NCBI GenBank assembly: GCA_913055695.1
Contig: CAJXKF010000001.1
Coordinates: 16,354-80,353, forward strand
Direction: 5' to 3'
Origin: an uncultured Methylophaga sp.
GTDB taxonomy: Bacteria; Pseudomonadota; Gammaproteobacteria; Nitrosococcales; Methylophagaceae
Length of the DNA: 64,000 nucleotides
The notes below the pieces were generated by a model. It had not been told where the DNA came from. It saw nothing but the letters and a program-made list of their open reading frames with translations, and did not search any database. Position 1 is the stretch's first letter. Each line of letters opens with the position of its first letter. A program made the position numbers and the translations under genes. Shown piece after piece: positions 8,035 through 17,665 of the stretch.

Positions 8035-9795
8035 TCAGCGGTAGTCTTCAATTCCCAGATAATCATCCTGATATTTCTGGAGTTGAATAATGAGAGGGAA
8101 ATAGCGCTTATCACGCTCTGTAATCAAAGAGCGCGTCATGCTTTTCCAGTAACTGTCCATATGCTCTGGGTAATGGCGTATGGCTTTAGCCAGCTGCTCT
8201 GAAGCGGCTTCTGTCTGTCCCGACTTCAATAGCAGATCGACCTGCGAGAAAACTTCGGTCTCGCCCGGCAGGTAACGCATTAATTGCGTATTCATAGCAA
8301 GCTTGTCTTTAACGACCTCTTCGCTATTGGGTAAAGCTCGAATAATAATCACGTCGAAGTAAGGAGCAAAAAGCGATTGATCGCGGCGTTGAGCAAGTTC
8401 ATAGAGAAGACTGACTGCCTCTTGACCTTTAATATCTCCTCGGCGGCCATCCGTATACCAGCCCTCGAGTTCATGATATTGCCTGATGGTGCTCGTTATC
8501 GTGGCTGTGGAAAAAATGAGTACTGCTGCGGCGATAAGAGGGCCTGTTTTGAGGTTGGCAGTGATTGCCCGCTGCTCTCCCATGCCTGCCAGTAGCGCTG
8601 CAATACCCAAAAAGTAAGCGTACCAAAGCGGATATTCCAACAGGCTGTGAATGCCCAAAACAGCCAGCGAGGCTAAAATCCACCAGCGTTCCGGTGATAA
8701 GGCTGTTTTTCTCTGAGCGAATAACCACAACGCGACAATGATTATGAATACCGCACTACCAATAACTCCGGTCTCAGCCATAAGCTGAAACACGATATTG
8801 TGTGCGTTGTCAGCATAACCACTCAATCCGGGATAAGCTTCAGTTAATTGAAAGTTCTGCCAGCCAAATTGTCCCCAGCCAGCCCCCAATAAAGGATTCT
8901 CAGTGAATATTTGCCAGGCCTGCTGTAGTAACAACAGTCTTGTCGATTCTCTATCCGCAGTTTCAACCAATCTTTGAATCGGTGAGTGGATATTGTCCCC
9001 CATTAGCATTGGCAAGAACCAATTCAGAAGCAGATAAAAGGGAATAAGGATCAGTAACCAGTAACCTTTTCTTAATCTCAACTCACCTCGAGCCGCGATC
9101 AACCAGCCTGCAAATGCAATCAATAGCACATAGAGGGTTGCCATCCGCTGCCCCGTCAAAACAAGGGCCACGATGAACAGTAATGATGCCGTAATCCAAC
9201 TTGCTGTGTTGATTCTCTCACTGAGCAGAAGATAGCTTGCTGAAACCAGTGCAAGCGCAAAATAAGTGGCAGCATGATTTACTTGAGCAATGTTCGCAGC
9301 GAAGCCACCCTTAATATGGGGCAGGATGAATTCAAAGTCTGTCCAACCCAGAATTTGAACAACCACAATCGAGAAGGAGATATACCCCCCAAGAAGCATC
9401 GCGGAAGCCAGGAAAGGAGCAAGCTTCGAATGAGGTAGATTTGCCCCTACAACAGCCATCATTGAGGCCCAGCATAAGACAAGCACAGTCATAAAATGTT
9501 GCTGCCAGTATGTGTGCATATCAAGAGAGAACTGCACGCCTAACAACACTGCTAAGCACAGTGGCAACAGGGCTACTAAAGGCAATTTGATATGCTGCCC
9601 ATGTTGTTTTGTCAGGAAAACAATCACCGCCAGGCTACCCAATGCAGTCGCTGCAATTTGAGGATAGAAACTGGTTAGCGGTGTTTTGTGATGCCAGACC
9701 AGAAAGGGCACTAGGGACATTAGCGCCAGGAATCCTATAGCGAGACGCTCAACATTAGCTGAAAAAGAAAATGTAACGACCTTTTGAGTCTTCAC
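8035..9795 (-). CDS. O-antigen ligase (Wzy_C) / PglL-type O-oligosaccharyltransferase-like polytopic membrane protein with a soluble TPR-like C-terminal region (586 aa)
   Basis: More than 10 predicted TM segments. Wzy_C-type loop motif YADNAHNIVFQLMAETGVIGS. The soluble C-terminal region of about 150 aa matches the size and layout of pilin-glycosylation ligases. It lies directly upstream of the pilin operon. Confidence 0.7.
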   Translation of the reverse strand: MKTQKVVTFSFSANVERLAIGFLALMSLVPFLVWHHKTPLTSFYPQIAATALGSLAVIVFLTKQHGQHIKLPLVALLPLCLAVLLGVQFSLDMHTYWQQHFMTVLVLCWASMMAVVGANLPHSKLAPFLASAMLLGGYISFSIVVVQILGWTDFEFILPHIKGGFAANIAQVNHAATYFALALVSASYLLLSERINTASWITASLLFIVALVLTGQRMATLYVLLIAFAGWLIAARGELRLRKGYWLLILIPFYLLLNWFLPMLMGDNIHSPIQRLVETADRESTRLLLLQQAWQIFTENPLLGAGWGQFGWQNFQLTEAYPGLSGYADNAHNIVFQLMAETGVIGSAVFIIIVALWLFAQRKTALSPERWWILASLAVLGIHSLLEYPLWYAYFLGIAALLAGMGEQRAITANLKTGPLIAAAVLIFSTATITSTIRQYHELEGWYTDGRRGDIKGQEAVSLLYELAQRRDQSLFAPYFDVIIIRALPNSEEVVKDKLAMNTQLMRYLPGETEVFSQVDLLLKSGQTEAASEQLAKAIRHYPEHMDSYWKSMTRSLITERDKRYFPLIIQLQKYQDDYLGIEDYR

Positions 9796-9953
9796 TATTC
9801 ATCCTAGAGTGTTCAAAAAAGACTCGTGATAGTAGGTCAGATAGCCATGATCAGCACTAGGAAAAAATCCTGTTTTGCTGTTTATTCAATTTCAAAGTTC
9901 AGAAGATGAATGCAATACGGTCACCTATGCGCTATTGGCATGAACCGGATTTC

Positions 9954-9971
9954 AGGAATTATTCCTATAGG
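9954..9971. promoter_or_regulatory. 18-bp motif AGGAATTATTCCTATAGG; right, inverted copy of the 7807..7824 motif
   Basis: Its reverse complement CCTATAGGAATAATTCCT differs from 7807..7824 at one base. It lies about 160 nt upstream of the 9795 start and overlaps a candidate plus-strand -10 element. Confidence 0.45.
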
Positions 9972-10107
9972 CCTTGAGGAGTTGGGGGGAAATAATGTCA
10001 GTGAGGTTACTTTAAATCTCGCATTACTCGTCTGTCATGATGACAGCCCCTTAGAGTTCGGCTTTTGACTCTCACTGTGGGTGGATTTCCACCCACAGTT
10101 ATTTTTT
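9969..10107 (+). ncRNA. Candidate small RNA of about 140 nt (hypothetical), convergent with the end of the suf operon
   Basis: Sigma70-like TTGGCA (9935-9940), a 16-nt spacer and AATTAT (9957-9962). Internal hairpin CTGTC-ATGAT-GACAG (10032-10046). A canonical plus-strand intrinsic terminator closes it. No credible plus-strand ORF is present. Boundaries are inferred, not observed. Confidence 0.3.
10075..10107 (+). terminator. Intrinsic terminator whose U-tract is on the plus strand
   Basis: Perfect 10-bp stem CTGTGGGTGG / CCACCCACAG (10075-10084 and 10089-10098) with a 4-nt loop, followed by TTATTTTTT. On the minus strand the hairpin is preceded by A-rich sequence and followed by non-U sequence. 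Confidence 0.6.
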
Positions 10108-10437
10108 CTAGAACATGCCCAGTTGTAATTGCGCAGCTTCGCTCATCATGTCCTTGGTCCATTGCGGTTCCCAGACCAGTTCGACATGGGCTTTTTTAAC
10201 ACCGGGGACTGACATCACACGTGATTCGACATCGCCCGGGAAAGACTGGGCGACCGGACAGCCCGGAGCAGTCAGCGTCATATCAATATGGACGTTGCCT
10301 GAGGTGCTGATTTCGATGTTGTAGATAAGCCCGAGTTCATAGATGTTAACCGGGATTTCCGGATCGTAGATGGTTTTAAGCACCTCAATCACATCTTCTT
10401 TGAGCTGTTCCGGGCTGACTTGATATTGATCATTCAT
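10108..10437 (-). CDS. DUF59/MIP18-family Fe-S assembly protein (SufT-like)
   Basis: 109 aa with IYDPEIPVNIYELGLIY and TLTAPGCP motifs. Last gene of the suf operon. Confidence 0.85.
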   Translation of the reverse strand: MNDQYQVSPEQLKEDVIEVLKTIYDPEIPVNIYELGLIYNIEISTSGNVHIDMTLTAPGCPVAQSFPGDVESRVMSVPGVKKAHVELVWEPQWTKDMMSEAAQLQLGMF

Positions 10438-10450
10438 AAATCTGCCCTGC

Positions 10451-10897
10451 TTACTCTGTGGTTATCGAAACGTCATGATCGCTATCCATCGCGGCATGCA
10501 CGGTGTGCCAGGATAAAGTGGCGCATTTCACACGAGCTGGAAACTCCTTCACGCCGGCCAGCACTTCCAGTTTGCCGGACAGTTCACCACCACCCGCTTC
10601 ACCGGTGAGGGCTTTATGCACATTGTCATAGAGCTTTTCGGCTTCTTCCATGGTTTTGCCTTTCAAAATCTCAGTCATCAGTGAGGCTGAAGCCACTGAA
10701 ATCGCACAGCCACTGCCCTGGAAACTGACATCTTCAATCACGCCATCTTTGAGTTTGGCGTAGACCACCAGCGCGTCGCCACACAGCGGATTATTACCAT
10801 GTGCCATATGGTTGGCATCGGTGATCTCACGGAAATTACGCGGATTCTTTTTGTGATCCATGATCACTTGTTGATAGAGATCTCTTAAATCACTCAT
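10451..10897 (-). CDS. sufU: SufU-type (NifU/IscU-like) sulfur-transfer and scaffold protein
   Basis: Strong resemblance to Bacillus SufU as I recall it: LYQQVIMDHKKNPRNF, NPLCGD, GSGCAIS, FPARVKCATLSW. Confidence 0.9.
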   Translation of the reverse strand: MSDLRDLYQQVIMDHKKNPRNFREITDANHMAHGNNPLCGDALVVYAKLKDGVIEDVSFQGSGCAISVASASLMTEILKGKTMEEAEKLYDNVHKALTGEAGGGELSGKLEVLAGVKEFPARVKCATLSWHTVHAAMDSDHDVSITTE

Positions 10898-12156
10898 CAG
10901 GCAAACAACTCCTGTGTGGTTTTGATGGCATTAACCAGCGCATCAATTTCCTGCTCGGTGTTATAGAACGCGAAGGAAGCCCGCGCCGTCGCCGCGATGC
11001 CATAGAACTCCATCACCGGTTGAGCACAGTGATGGCCGGCACGAATCGCGACACCCTGCTGGTCGAAAATGGTACCGACATCGTGCGGATGCACATCTTC
11101 AATCATGAAAGACAGCACGCTGGCTTTGTTTTTGGCGGTACCGATAATACGAACACCATCAATGGCTTCCAGTTTCGCTGTGGCGACTTCCAGCAGGTGA
11201 TGTTCATAGGCTGCCAGCTTATCGATGCCGATAGCCTGCATATAATCAATCGCTGCGCCCAGTCCGACGGCACCGGCAATGTGCGGTGTGCCTGCTTCAA
11301 ATTTGTATGGCAGCGTGTTGTATTCGGTATGACTAAAGCTGACCGACAGGATCATATCGCCCCCGCCCTGCCATGGCGGCATCGCTTCCAGCAATGCCTG
11401 TTTGCCATAGAGCGCGCCGATACCGGTGGGTGCAAACATTTTGTGACCGGAGAAGACATAAAAGTCACAGTCCAGATCCTGCACATCGACAGCAAGATGC
11501 GGCACTGCTTGAGCGCCGTCTACCAGCACCGGAATCGATTTGGCTTTGGCCAGTCCGATCATTTCCTTAATCGGATTGACAGTACCCAGTGCATTCGACA
11601 CATGACCAATCGCCAGGATTTTGGTGCGTTCGTTCAGCAGGCTGTCGAAGTCACTCAAATCCAGTTCACCGGCTTCGGTCATAGGAATGACTTTCAGCTT
11701 GGCTCCAGTCTGTTCACAGACCATCTGCCACGGCACGATATTGGCGTGATGCTCGATATGACTGATTAGAATCTCATCACCCGGTTTAATCTGCGGGCGC
11801 ACAAAACTCTGTGCCACCAGGTTAATAGCTTCGGTGGCACCGCGGACAAAGACGATTTCCTTGTCCGATTTGGCATTCAGAAAACCACGGACTTTATCGC
11901 GGGCGCCTTCGTAAGCATCGGTCGCGCGCTGACTCAGACGATGCACACCGCGGTGCACATTGGCATTATCCAGGCGATAATAAGCATCAACCGCTTCAAT
12001 CACCTGAACCGGTTTCTGGCTGCTGGCTGCATTATCGAGATAAACCAGCGGATTGCCGTTCACTTCCTGATTCAGAATCGGAAAGTCACGTCTGACCGCT
12101 TCAACATCAAAGTCGGTTTCAGGAAACGGCACAGCTTGTAATTCGGTTTGTGTCAT
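10897..12156 (-). CDS. sufS: Cysteine desulfurase SufS (class II)
   Basis: 419 aa. PLP-lysine context FSGHKMFAPTGIG and active-site RAGHHCAQP. Overlaps the sufU start. Confidence 0.95.
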   Translation of the reverse strand: MTQTELQAVPFPETDFDVEAVRRDFPILNQEVNGNPLVYLDNAASSQKPVQVIEAVDAYYRLDNANVHRGVHRLSQRATDAYEGARDKVRGFLNAKSDKEIVFVRGATEAINLVAQSFVRPQIKPGDEILISHIEHHANIVPWQMVCEQTGAKLKVIPMTEAGELDLSDFDSLLNERTKILAIGHVSNALGTVNPIKEMIGLAKAKSIPVLVDGAQAVPHLAVDVQDLDCDFYVFSGHKMFAPTGIGALYGKQALLEAMPPWQGGGDMILSVSFSHTEYNTLPYKFEAGTPHIAGAVGLGAAIDYMQAIGIDKLAAYEHHLLEVATAKLEAIDGVRIIGTAKNKASVLSFMIEDVHPHDVGTIFDQQGVAIRAGHHCAQPVMEFYGIAATARASFAFYNTEQEIDALVNAIKTTQELFA

Positions 12157-12160
12157 GCAA

Positions 12161-13462
12161 TCACGCCCCTTTCGGTAACCGTTTTTCTATGACATTAGAC
12201 AAGGCCTGACGCATAGGTGCTGACTTGATCCGTTGCAATACATCGACGGCAAAAGCATAGGTCAGCAGGCTGCGGGCAGCTGTTTCATCAAGGCCACGGG
12301 CACGCAGGAAAAACAGGTGCTGTTCGTCGATCTGACCGACGGTACTGCCGTGAGCACATTTGACGTCATCGGCATAGATTTCCAGTTCCGGTTTGGTATC
12401 GATTTCACAGCTGCGCGACAGCAACAGGTTTTTGTTGCTCTGGCTGGAATCGGTTTTCTGCGCGTCTTTGTGCACATTCACTTTGCCGTTAAACACGGCA
12501 TGGCTGTTGCCATCGAGTACGCCTTTATAAACTTCATCACTGGTGGTGTTGGGCACGGCATGGTCGATACGGGTGTGGTTATCGACATGCTGGTCACCGG
12601 TCACCAGATAAAGACCATCCATCGTGACGTGCGCTTCCTCGCCCAGCAATTGACTGTGAATATCATTACGCGCCAGCTTGCCGCCCAGTGAAATATTATT
12701 GGTATGCCAGTGACTGCCGGCGGCCTGTTTCGAGGCCAGGGTGGCGATATGGTAATGCGCCAGCGATTCATGCTGCAGTTTGAAGTGATTCAGCGTAGCT
12801 TTTTCAGCCAGCTTCACTTCGGTTACCACATCGGTGAAGCCTTCGGTGTCTGCCAGGCTGACATAGTGTTCCAGTAAAGTGACTTCAGCGTCGGCTTCAA
12901 GCTGAATCAGGTTACGCAAGTGACTGGCCAGCTTTTGATTTTCAGCCGTGCTGATAACGAGTAACTCAACCGGCTTGTTGATGGTCTTGCCGGCTTGCAC
13001 CTGAAGAACCATACCTTCGTGCATCAACATGGTGTTGATGGCATTCAGACCAGGCTTTTCGACATCGATCTGCTCACCCAGCATGGTCTGAGCACCTTCA
13101 AGCCCATCTACCAGCGGTTTGATGGATAAACCTTCTTCCAGGCCTTCAAGCTCGGACAGTTCCGCACTGAAGCGGCCATCAACAATAACAAAGCGATAGG
13201 CATCTTCCAGCGCGGCGACGTGCGAAAGCTCAGTCTTATCCAGACTGACTGCTTTGGCATCGTGACTGAAACCTTGCTGGCTTAAAGCCCACAGAGAAGT
13301 GTATTTCCAGTCTTCGACTTTTTTCGCCGGCAGTCCGTGGCGTTCAAACTGCGCACGGGCTTTGTCGCGCAGTTGCTGCAACCAGCCGAGTTCTGAGCCC
13401 GGCAGGGTTTTAGCAGAAGCCACTTCGCCAAATGGCGTTGTGATTTCAGTTAACTGTTTCAT
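12161..13462 (-). CDS. sufD: Fe-S cluster assembly protein SufD
   Basis: 433 aa. Positioned between sufC and sufS. C-terminal beta-helix region typical of the SufB/SufD family. Confidence 0.9.
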   Translation of the reverse strand: MKQLTEITTPFGEVASAKTLPGSELGWLQQLRDKARAQFERHGLPAKKVEDWKYTSLWALSQQGFSHDAKAVSLDKTELSHVAALEDAYRFVIVDGRFSAELSELEGLEEGLSIKPLVDGLEGAQTMLGEQIDVEKPGLNAINTMLMHEGMVLQVQAGKTINKPVELLVISTAENQKLASHLRNLIQLEADAEVTLLEHYVSLADTEGFTDVVTEVKLAEKATLNHFKLQHESLAHYHIATLASKQAAGSHWHTNNISLGGKLARNDIHSQLLGEEAHVTMDGLYLVTGDQHVDNHTRIDHAVPNTTSDEVYKGVLDGNSHAVFNGKVNVHKDAQKTDSSQSNKNLLLSRSCEIDTKPELEIYADDVKCAHGSTVGQIDEQHLFFLRARGLDETAARSLLTYAFAVDVLQRIKSAPMRQALSNVIEKRLPKGA

Positions 13463-14220
13463 GCGGTTTGACCTTCCGGTGCATCGTGAACCCAGCTGTA
13501 ACCGGATTTTTCCAGTTCCTTAGCCAGTTCCTTGTCGCCGGATTTAACGATTTTGCCTTCGGACAATACGTGGACGAAGTCCGGCACGATATGGTCCAGC
13601 AGACGCTGATAGTGCGTGATCATTACGATTGAACGGTCTTCAGCACGCAGCGCGTTGACGCCTTCCGCGACCACGCGCAGTGCGTCGATATCCAAACCTG
13701 AGTCAGTTTCGTCGAGAATCGCCAGTGCCGGTTCCAATACCGCCATCTGCAGAATCTCGTTACGTTTTTTCTCACCGCCCGAGAAGCCTTCATTCACATT
13801 GCGGTGCAGGAACTGCTCATCCATCTTGACCAGCTTCATGCGGTCACGGACCAGGTTCAAAAAGTCGATCGCATCGACTTCATCCAGCCCCTGATATTTA
13901 CGCACCGCATTCAGGGCGGCTTTCAACAGATAAATATTGCTGACACCGGGGATTTCCACCGGATACTGGAAAGCCAGAAAGACACCACGCTGGGCACGCT
14001 CTTCCGGTTCCAGGTCCAGCAGGTTTTCACCTTTGTAGATAACCTCGCCCTGGGTCACTTCATAGCCTTCACGGCCGGCAAGCACATTGGATAATGTACT
14101 TTTGCCTGCACCGTTCGGGCCCATGATGGCGTGGACTTCGCCAGGGTTCACTGTCATATTGATGCCGCGGAGGATTTCTTTACCTTCAACGCTGGCATGC
14201 AGGTTTTTGATTTCTAACAT
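13459..14220 (-). CDS. sufC: Fe-S cluster assembly ATPase SufC
   Basis: 253 aa. Walker [13 protein letters not shown] signature FSGGEKKR, Walker [13 protein letters not shown]. Confidence 0.97.
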   Translation of the reverse strand: MLEIKNLHASVEGKEILRGINMTVNPGEVHAIMGPNGAGKSTLSNVLAGREGYEVTQGEVIYKGENLLDLEPEERAQRGVFLAFQYPVEIPGVSNIYLLKAALNAVRKYQGLDEVDAIDFLNLVRDRMKLVKMDEQFLHRNVNEGFSGGEKKRNEILQMAVLEPALAILDETDSGLDIDALRVVAEGVNALRAEDRSIVMITHYQRLLDHIVPDFVHVLSEGKIVKSGDKELAKELEKSGYSWVHDAPEGQTA

Positions 14221-14265
14221 GTTGACTCTCTATATTTCTGAAAATCTGAATGGGCTCTCGTTCGC

Positions 14266-15714
14266 TTAACCGACAGAACCTTCTAATGACAAACCGAGCA
14301 GGTTCTGCGCTTCGACGGCGAATTCCATCGGCAGCTCACGAATCACCTGTTTGCAGAAACCGTTCACAATCATCGATACCGCATCTTCGGCATCCAGACC
14401 GCGTTGCTTACAATAGAACAGCTGGTCTTCACTGATTTTTGAAGTCGAAGCCTCGTGCTCCACTTTCGCTGTCGGGTTTTTCACCTCGATATACGGGAAT
14501 GTGTGGGCACCGCACTTATCGCCCATCAGCAATGAGTCACACTCGGTGTAGTTACGAGCATTTTCCGCATTAGGCCCGACACGGACCAGACCGCGATAGG
14601 CATTTTGTGAACGGCCGGCAGAGATACCTTTGGAGATGATGGTCGAGCTGGTGTTTTTGCCCAAGTGAATCATCTTGGTGCCGGTATCGGCCTGCTGCAT
14701 ATTATTGGTGACGGCTACTGAATAGAATTCGCCGATGGAGTTATCCCCCTGTAACACCACACTCGGGTACTTCCAGGTGATGGCTGAACCGGTTTCCACC
14801 TGGGTCCAGGATACTTTGGATGACTCACCGCGACAGGCAGCACGTTTAGTTACAAAGTTATAGATGCCGCCTTTACCGTTTTCATCACCGGGATACCAGT
14901 TTTGTACGGTCGAGTATTTAATCTGGGCGCGATCCATTGCCACCAGCTCCACTACCGCGGCGTGCAGCTGATTTTCATCACGCATCGGGGCGGTACAACC
15001 TTCCAGGTAACTGACGTAGGAATCATCATCAGCAACAATCAATGTGCGTTCAAACTGACCGGTATTGGCCGCGTTGATACGGAAATAAGTCGACAGCTCC
15101 ATTGGGCAACGCACGCCTTTGGGAATGTAGACAAAAGAACCGTCACTGAAGACCGCCGAGTTCAGGGCAGCGTAAAAGTTATCTTTGTAGGGCACCACGC
15201 TGCCCAGGTATTTTTCAATCAGTTCCGGATGTTCTTTCACAGCCTGGGAGATAGGCATGAAGATGATGCCCTCTTCTGCCAGCTTGTCCTGGAAAGTACT
15301 GGCCACAGACACACTGTCGAATACAGCATCGACGGCAACACCGGCGAGACGGGCACGTTCATCCAACGGCACACCCAGTTTTTCATAGGTACGCAGCAAT
15401 TCCGGATCGACCTCATCCAGACTTTTCGGACCGTCGTCTTTTTTCTTCGGTGCCGAGTAATAGCTGATTTGTTGATAGTCGATCTCAGGATAATGCACAT
15501 GCGCCCATTCAGGCGTATCCATCGTCAGCCAGTGGCGATAGGCTTTCAATCGCCATTCCAGCATAAACTCCGGCTCCCCCTTGATACGGGAGATTTCACG
15601 GACGACATCTTCACTCAGACCGGGCGGCAGGCTCTCTGCCTCGATGTCGGTAACAAAACCGGCCTTGTATTCTTTCTGAGTAATCGACTCAAGTTGTTGA
15701 CTTTGATCAGTCAT
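14266..15714 (-). CDS. sufB: Fe-S cluster assembly scaffold SufB
   Basis: The track ORF extends to 15726; the likely start is ATG 15714 ([10 protein letters not shown]...), which overlaps the regulator's stop. Highly conserved SufB-like sequence throughout. Confidence 0.95.
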   Translation of the reverse strand: MTDQSQQLESITQKEYKAGFVTDIEAESLPPGLSEDVVREISRIKGEPEFMLEWRLKAYRHWLTMDTPEWAHVHYPEIDYQQISYYSAPKKKDDGPKSLDEVDPELLRTYEKLGVPLDERARLAGVAVDAVFDSVSVASTFQDKLAEEGIIFMPISQAVKEHPELIEKYLGSVVPYKDNFYAALNSAVFSDGSFVYIPKGVRCPMELSTYFRINAANTGQFERTLIVADDDSYVSYLEGCTAPMRDENQLHAAVVELVAMDRAQIKYSTVQNWYPGDENGKGGIYNFVTKRAACRGESSKVSWTQVETGSAITWKYPSVVLQGDNSIGEFYSVAVTNNMQQADTGTKMIHLGKNTSSTIISKGISAGRSQNAYRGLVRVGPNAENARNYTECDSLLMGDKCGAHTFPYIEVKNPTAKVEHEASTSKISEDQLFYCKQRGLDAEDAVSMIVNGFCKQVIRELPMEFAVEAQNLLGLSLEGSVG

Positions 15715-16198
15715 GAAACTCACCATCCTGTATTGTTGCGTTACTCATCCCGGCTGCTGATGAGTAGAATCTAATTGGGCTCAATCCCGGGGTGTTCTGC
15801 GGTGCCAGCATGTCGGCCAACTTGACCTCGTCCAGGGCGTGAAACACCGCATTGTTAATGCGTGTCCAGTTGGTCTGGACGGCACAGTGTGTTTCCTGCT
15901 CACAATGGCTTTCGCTGCTGACACATTCAGTCAGTGCAATCGGGCCTTCAATGGCCGTAATAATTTCAGCGACCGAAATCTGCTCCGCCGCGCGGCTCAG
16001 ACTGTAACCACCGGCGACACCCCGTTCTGATTGAAGCAGTCCACCGTGCGATAATGATTTCAGTACCTTCCTGACAGTCGGCAGTGGCACCTTTACCGCA
16101 TCGGCAATAGCGTGAGCGCTGTGTTGCTCTCTGGCGTTCGTTGCCAGGAAGCTCATCAGCACAATGCCGTAATCTGTCAGTTTTCCCATACGCAGCAT
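15707..16198 (-). CDS. Rrf2-family SUF system regulator (Cys-containing, IscR/SufR-like)
   Basis: 163 aa with a wHTH N-terminus ([14 protein letters not shown]...). Cys cluster [23 protein letters not shown] 7 nt upstream of ATG 16198. First gene of the suf operon. Confidence 0.85.
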   Translation of the reverse strand: MLRMGKLTDYGIVLMSFLATNAREQHSAHAIADAVKVPLPTVRKVLKSLSHGGLLQSERGVAGGYSLSRAAEQISVAEIITAIEGPIALTECVSSESHCEQETHCAVQTNWTRINNAVFHALDEVKLADMLAPQNTPGLSPIRFYSSAAGMSNATIQDGEFHD

Positions 16199-16209
16199 AG
16201 CTGAACCTC

Positions 16210-16238
16210 CTAATTGGTACTATTATAGTATCAATTAG
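16210..16238. promoter_or_regulatory. 29-bp imperfect palindrome abutting the SD of the suf regulator gene; candidate Rrf2 operator
   Basis: CTAATTGGTACT-ATTAT-AGTATCAATTAG, with 13 of 14 arm positions complementary. The core ACTATTATAGT resembles the GACTRWWWYAGTC core of IscR type-1 sites. Confidence 0.5.
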
Positions 16239-16386
16239 CATAATAACCAAGTGATTTGCTCAGATATTGTCGCTGGCCGAGTGAAAATTCCGTTGATTTC
16301 GCGTATGGTGATGAACTTTAAAACGTGCAATTGTACTAAATTCGGCAACGCCTATTGAGTTAAATTCCAACCAGAGAGCCTGATAA

Positions 16387-17067
16387 ATGAAATTAAAAGC
16401 ACTGATTTTTTTACCCTTGTTATTTGGAGCAAACGTAATGGCTGATGACAACGCCGCAACCCTGGACTCAGATAAACAGAAACTGAGCTACATTTTTGGT
16501 ATTCAAGTTGGACAAAACATGCTGCAGGAAGGCGTTGAGCTTGACCTGGATGCCTTTAAAGCCGGTGTTGCCGATATGATGGCTGGTAAACAGCCACAAC
16601 TGGATCAGGCAACTGCCGAGAAAGTGATTCAGGAATTCCAGGCACAAAAAGCGCAAGAGCTGGCGAAAGTCATGAATGAAAAGCAGGCTGAAGCCAAAGC
16701 TTACATGGCAGAAAATGCCAAGAAAGAAGGTGTCGTTACCACAGAAAGCGGTCTGCAGTATGAAATCATCAAAGAAGGTGATGGCGCGACCCCGACTGAA
16801 AACGACAAAGTCATTGCCCATTACAAAGGCACCCTGCTTGACGGTACCGTGTTTGACAGCTCTTATGAGCGTGGCGAACCTGCAACCTTCCCGGTTAATG
16901 GCGTGATTCAGGGCTGGCAGGAAGCATTGCAAATGATGAAAGAAGGTGGCAAATGGCGGATTGTTGTTCCAGCCAACCTCGCTTACGGTCCACGTGGCGC
17001 CGGTCAGTTGATTGGTCCCAACGAAACCCTGATTTTCGATATCGAACTCATCGCTATCACTAAGTAA
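16387..17067 (+). CDS. fkpA: Periplasmic FKBP-type peptidyl-prolyl cis-trans isomerase (FkpA-like)
   Basis: Signal peptide MKLKALIFLPLLFGANVMA, an FKBP_N helical domain, and a C-terminal FKBP domain (GTVFDSSYERGEPATFPVNGVIQGW...LIFDIELI). Confidence 0.85.
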   Translation: MKLKALIFLPLLFGANVMADDNAATLDSDKQKLSYIFGIQVGQNMLQEGVELDLDAFKAGVADMMAGKQPQLDQATAEKVIQEFQAQKAQELAKVMNEKQAEAKAYMAENAKKEGVVTTESGLQYEIIKEGDGATPTENDKVIAHYKGTLLDGTVFDSSYERGEPATFPVNGVIQGWQEALQMMKEGGKWRIVVPANLAYGPRGAGQLIGPNETLIFDIELIAITK

Positions 17068-17085
17068 TCAGACCTTCTGATGATG

Positions 17086-17113
17086 AAAAAGCCGCCCTCG
17101 GGCGGCTTTTTTT
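17086..17113. terminator. Bidirectional intrinsic terminator between fkpA (+) and ampD (-)
   Basis: AAAAAGCCGCC-CTCG-GGCGGCTTTTTTT. The stem is flanked by an A-run and a T-run. Confidence 0.8.
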
Positions 17114-17116
17114 ATA

Positions 17117-17665
17117 TCAGTCCAGTAACTGTCTCAGGTAATCCCATTCAAAAAACGGCCCCGGATCGGTTTTGCGTCCCGGCGCGATATGCTCATGACC
17201 GGTAATTCGCTCGTAATTCAATTGCGGGTAAGCCTCAAATAAAGCTTTAATCACTTGTGCCAGTTGATGATACTGCACGTCTTCAAACGGCTTGTGATCA
17301 CAGCCCTCCAGTTCAATCCCTAGCGTGAAGTCATTACAGCGTTCCCTACCCTGCCAACTTGAAGCACCGGCATGCCAGGCCCGTTTATGAAACGGAACAA
17401 ACTGAACCAGTTCCCCATCACGCCTTATCAATAAATGTGAGGAGACTTTCAGGCCTTCCAGTTGCTCAAAATAAGGATGCTGAGAGGTATCCAGCCGGTT
17501 CAGGAATAAGTCATCTATGTAATGTCCTCCAAACTCATCGGGCGGCAGGCTGATGTTATGGATGACAATACCGGATATATCATCCGGTTCCGGACGCTCA
17601 TCATGATTGGGTGACAAAATGAACACAGCGTCACTACAACGCCCCTCAGCTAAATCGATGTTCAA
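17117..17665 (-). CDS. ampD: 1,6-anhydro-N-acetylmuramyl-L-alanine amidase AmpD
   Basis: 182 aa with RAWHAGASSWQGRERCNDFTLGIELEG. Classical divergent ampD/nadC arrangement. Confidence 0.9.
   Translation of the reverse strand: MNIDLAEGRCSDAVFILSPNHDERPEPDDISGIVIHNISLPPDEFGGHYIDDLFLNRLDTSQHPYFEQLEGLKVSSHLLIRRDGELVQFVPFHKRAWHAGASSWQGRERCNDFTLGIELEGCDHKPFEDVQYHQLAQVIKALFEAYPQLNYERITGHEHIAPGRKTDPGPFFEWDYLRQLLD

Noticed and set aside
9906-9974. 22-codon plus-strand ORF (MNAIRSPMRYWHEPDFRNYSYRP) in the ligase/suf intergenic region
   Set aside because: No convincing SD and no recognisable peptide family. It also runs through the palindromic motif, so it is more likely non-coding.
11020-11769. 249-aa plus-strand ORF
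   Set aside because: Antisense to sufS. Shadow ORF.
14902-15774. 290-aa plus-strand ORF
   Set aside because: It lies entirely antisense to the highly conserved sufB. Its composition is His/Arg/Phe/Thr-rich, as expected of a shadow frame, so it was treated as a non-coding shadow ORF.
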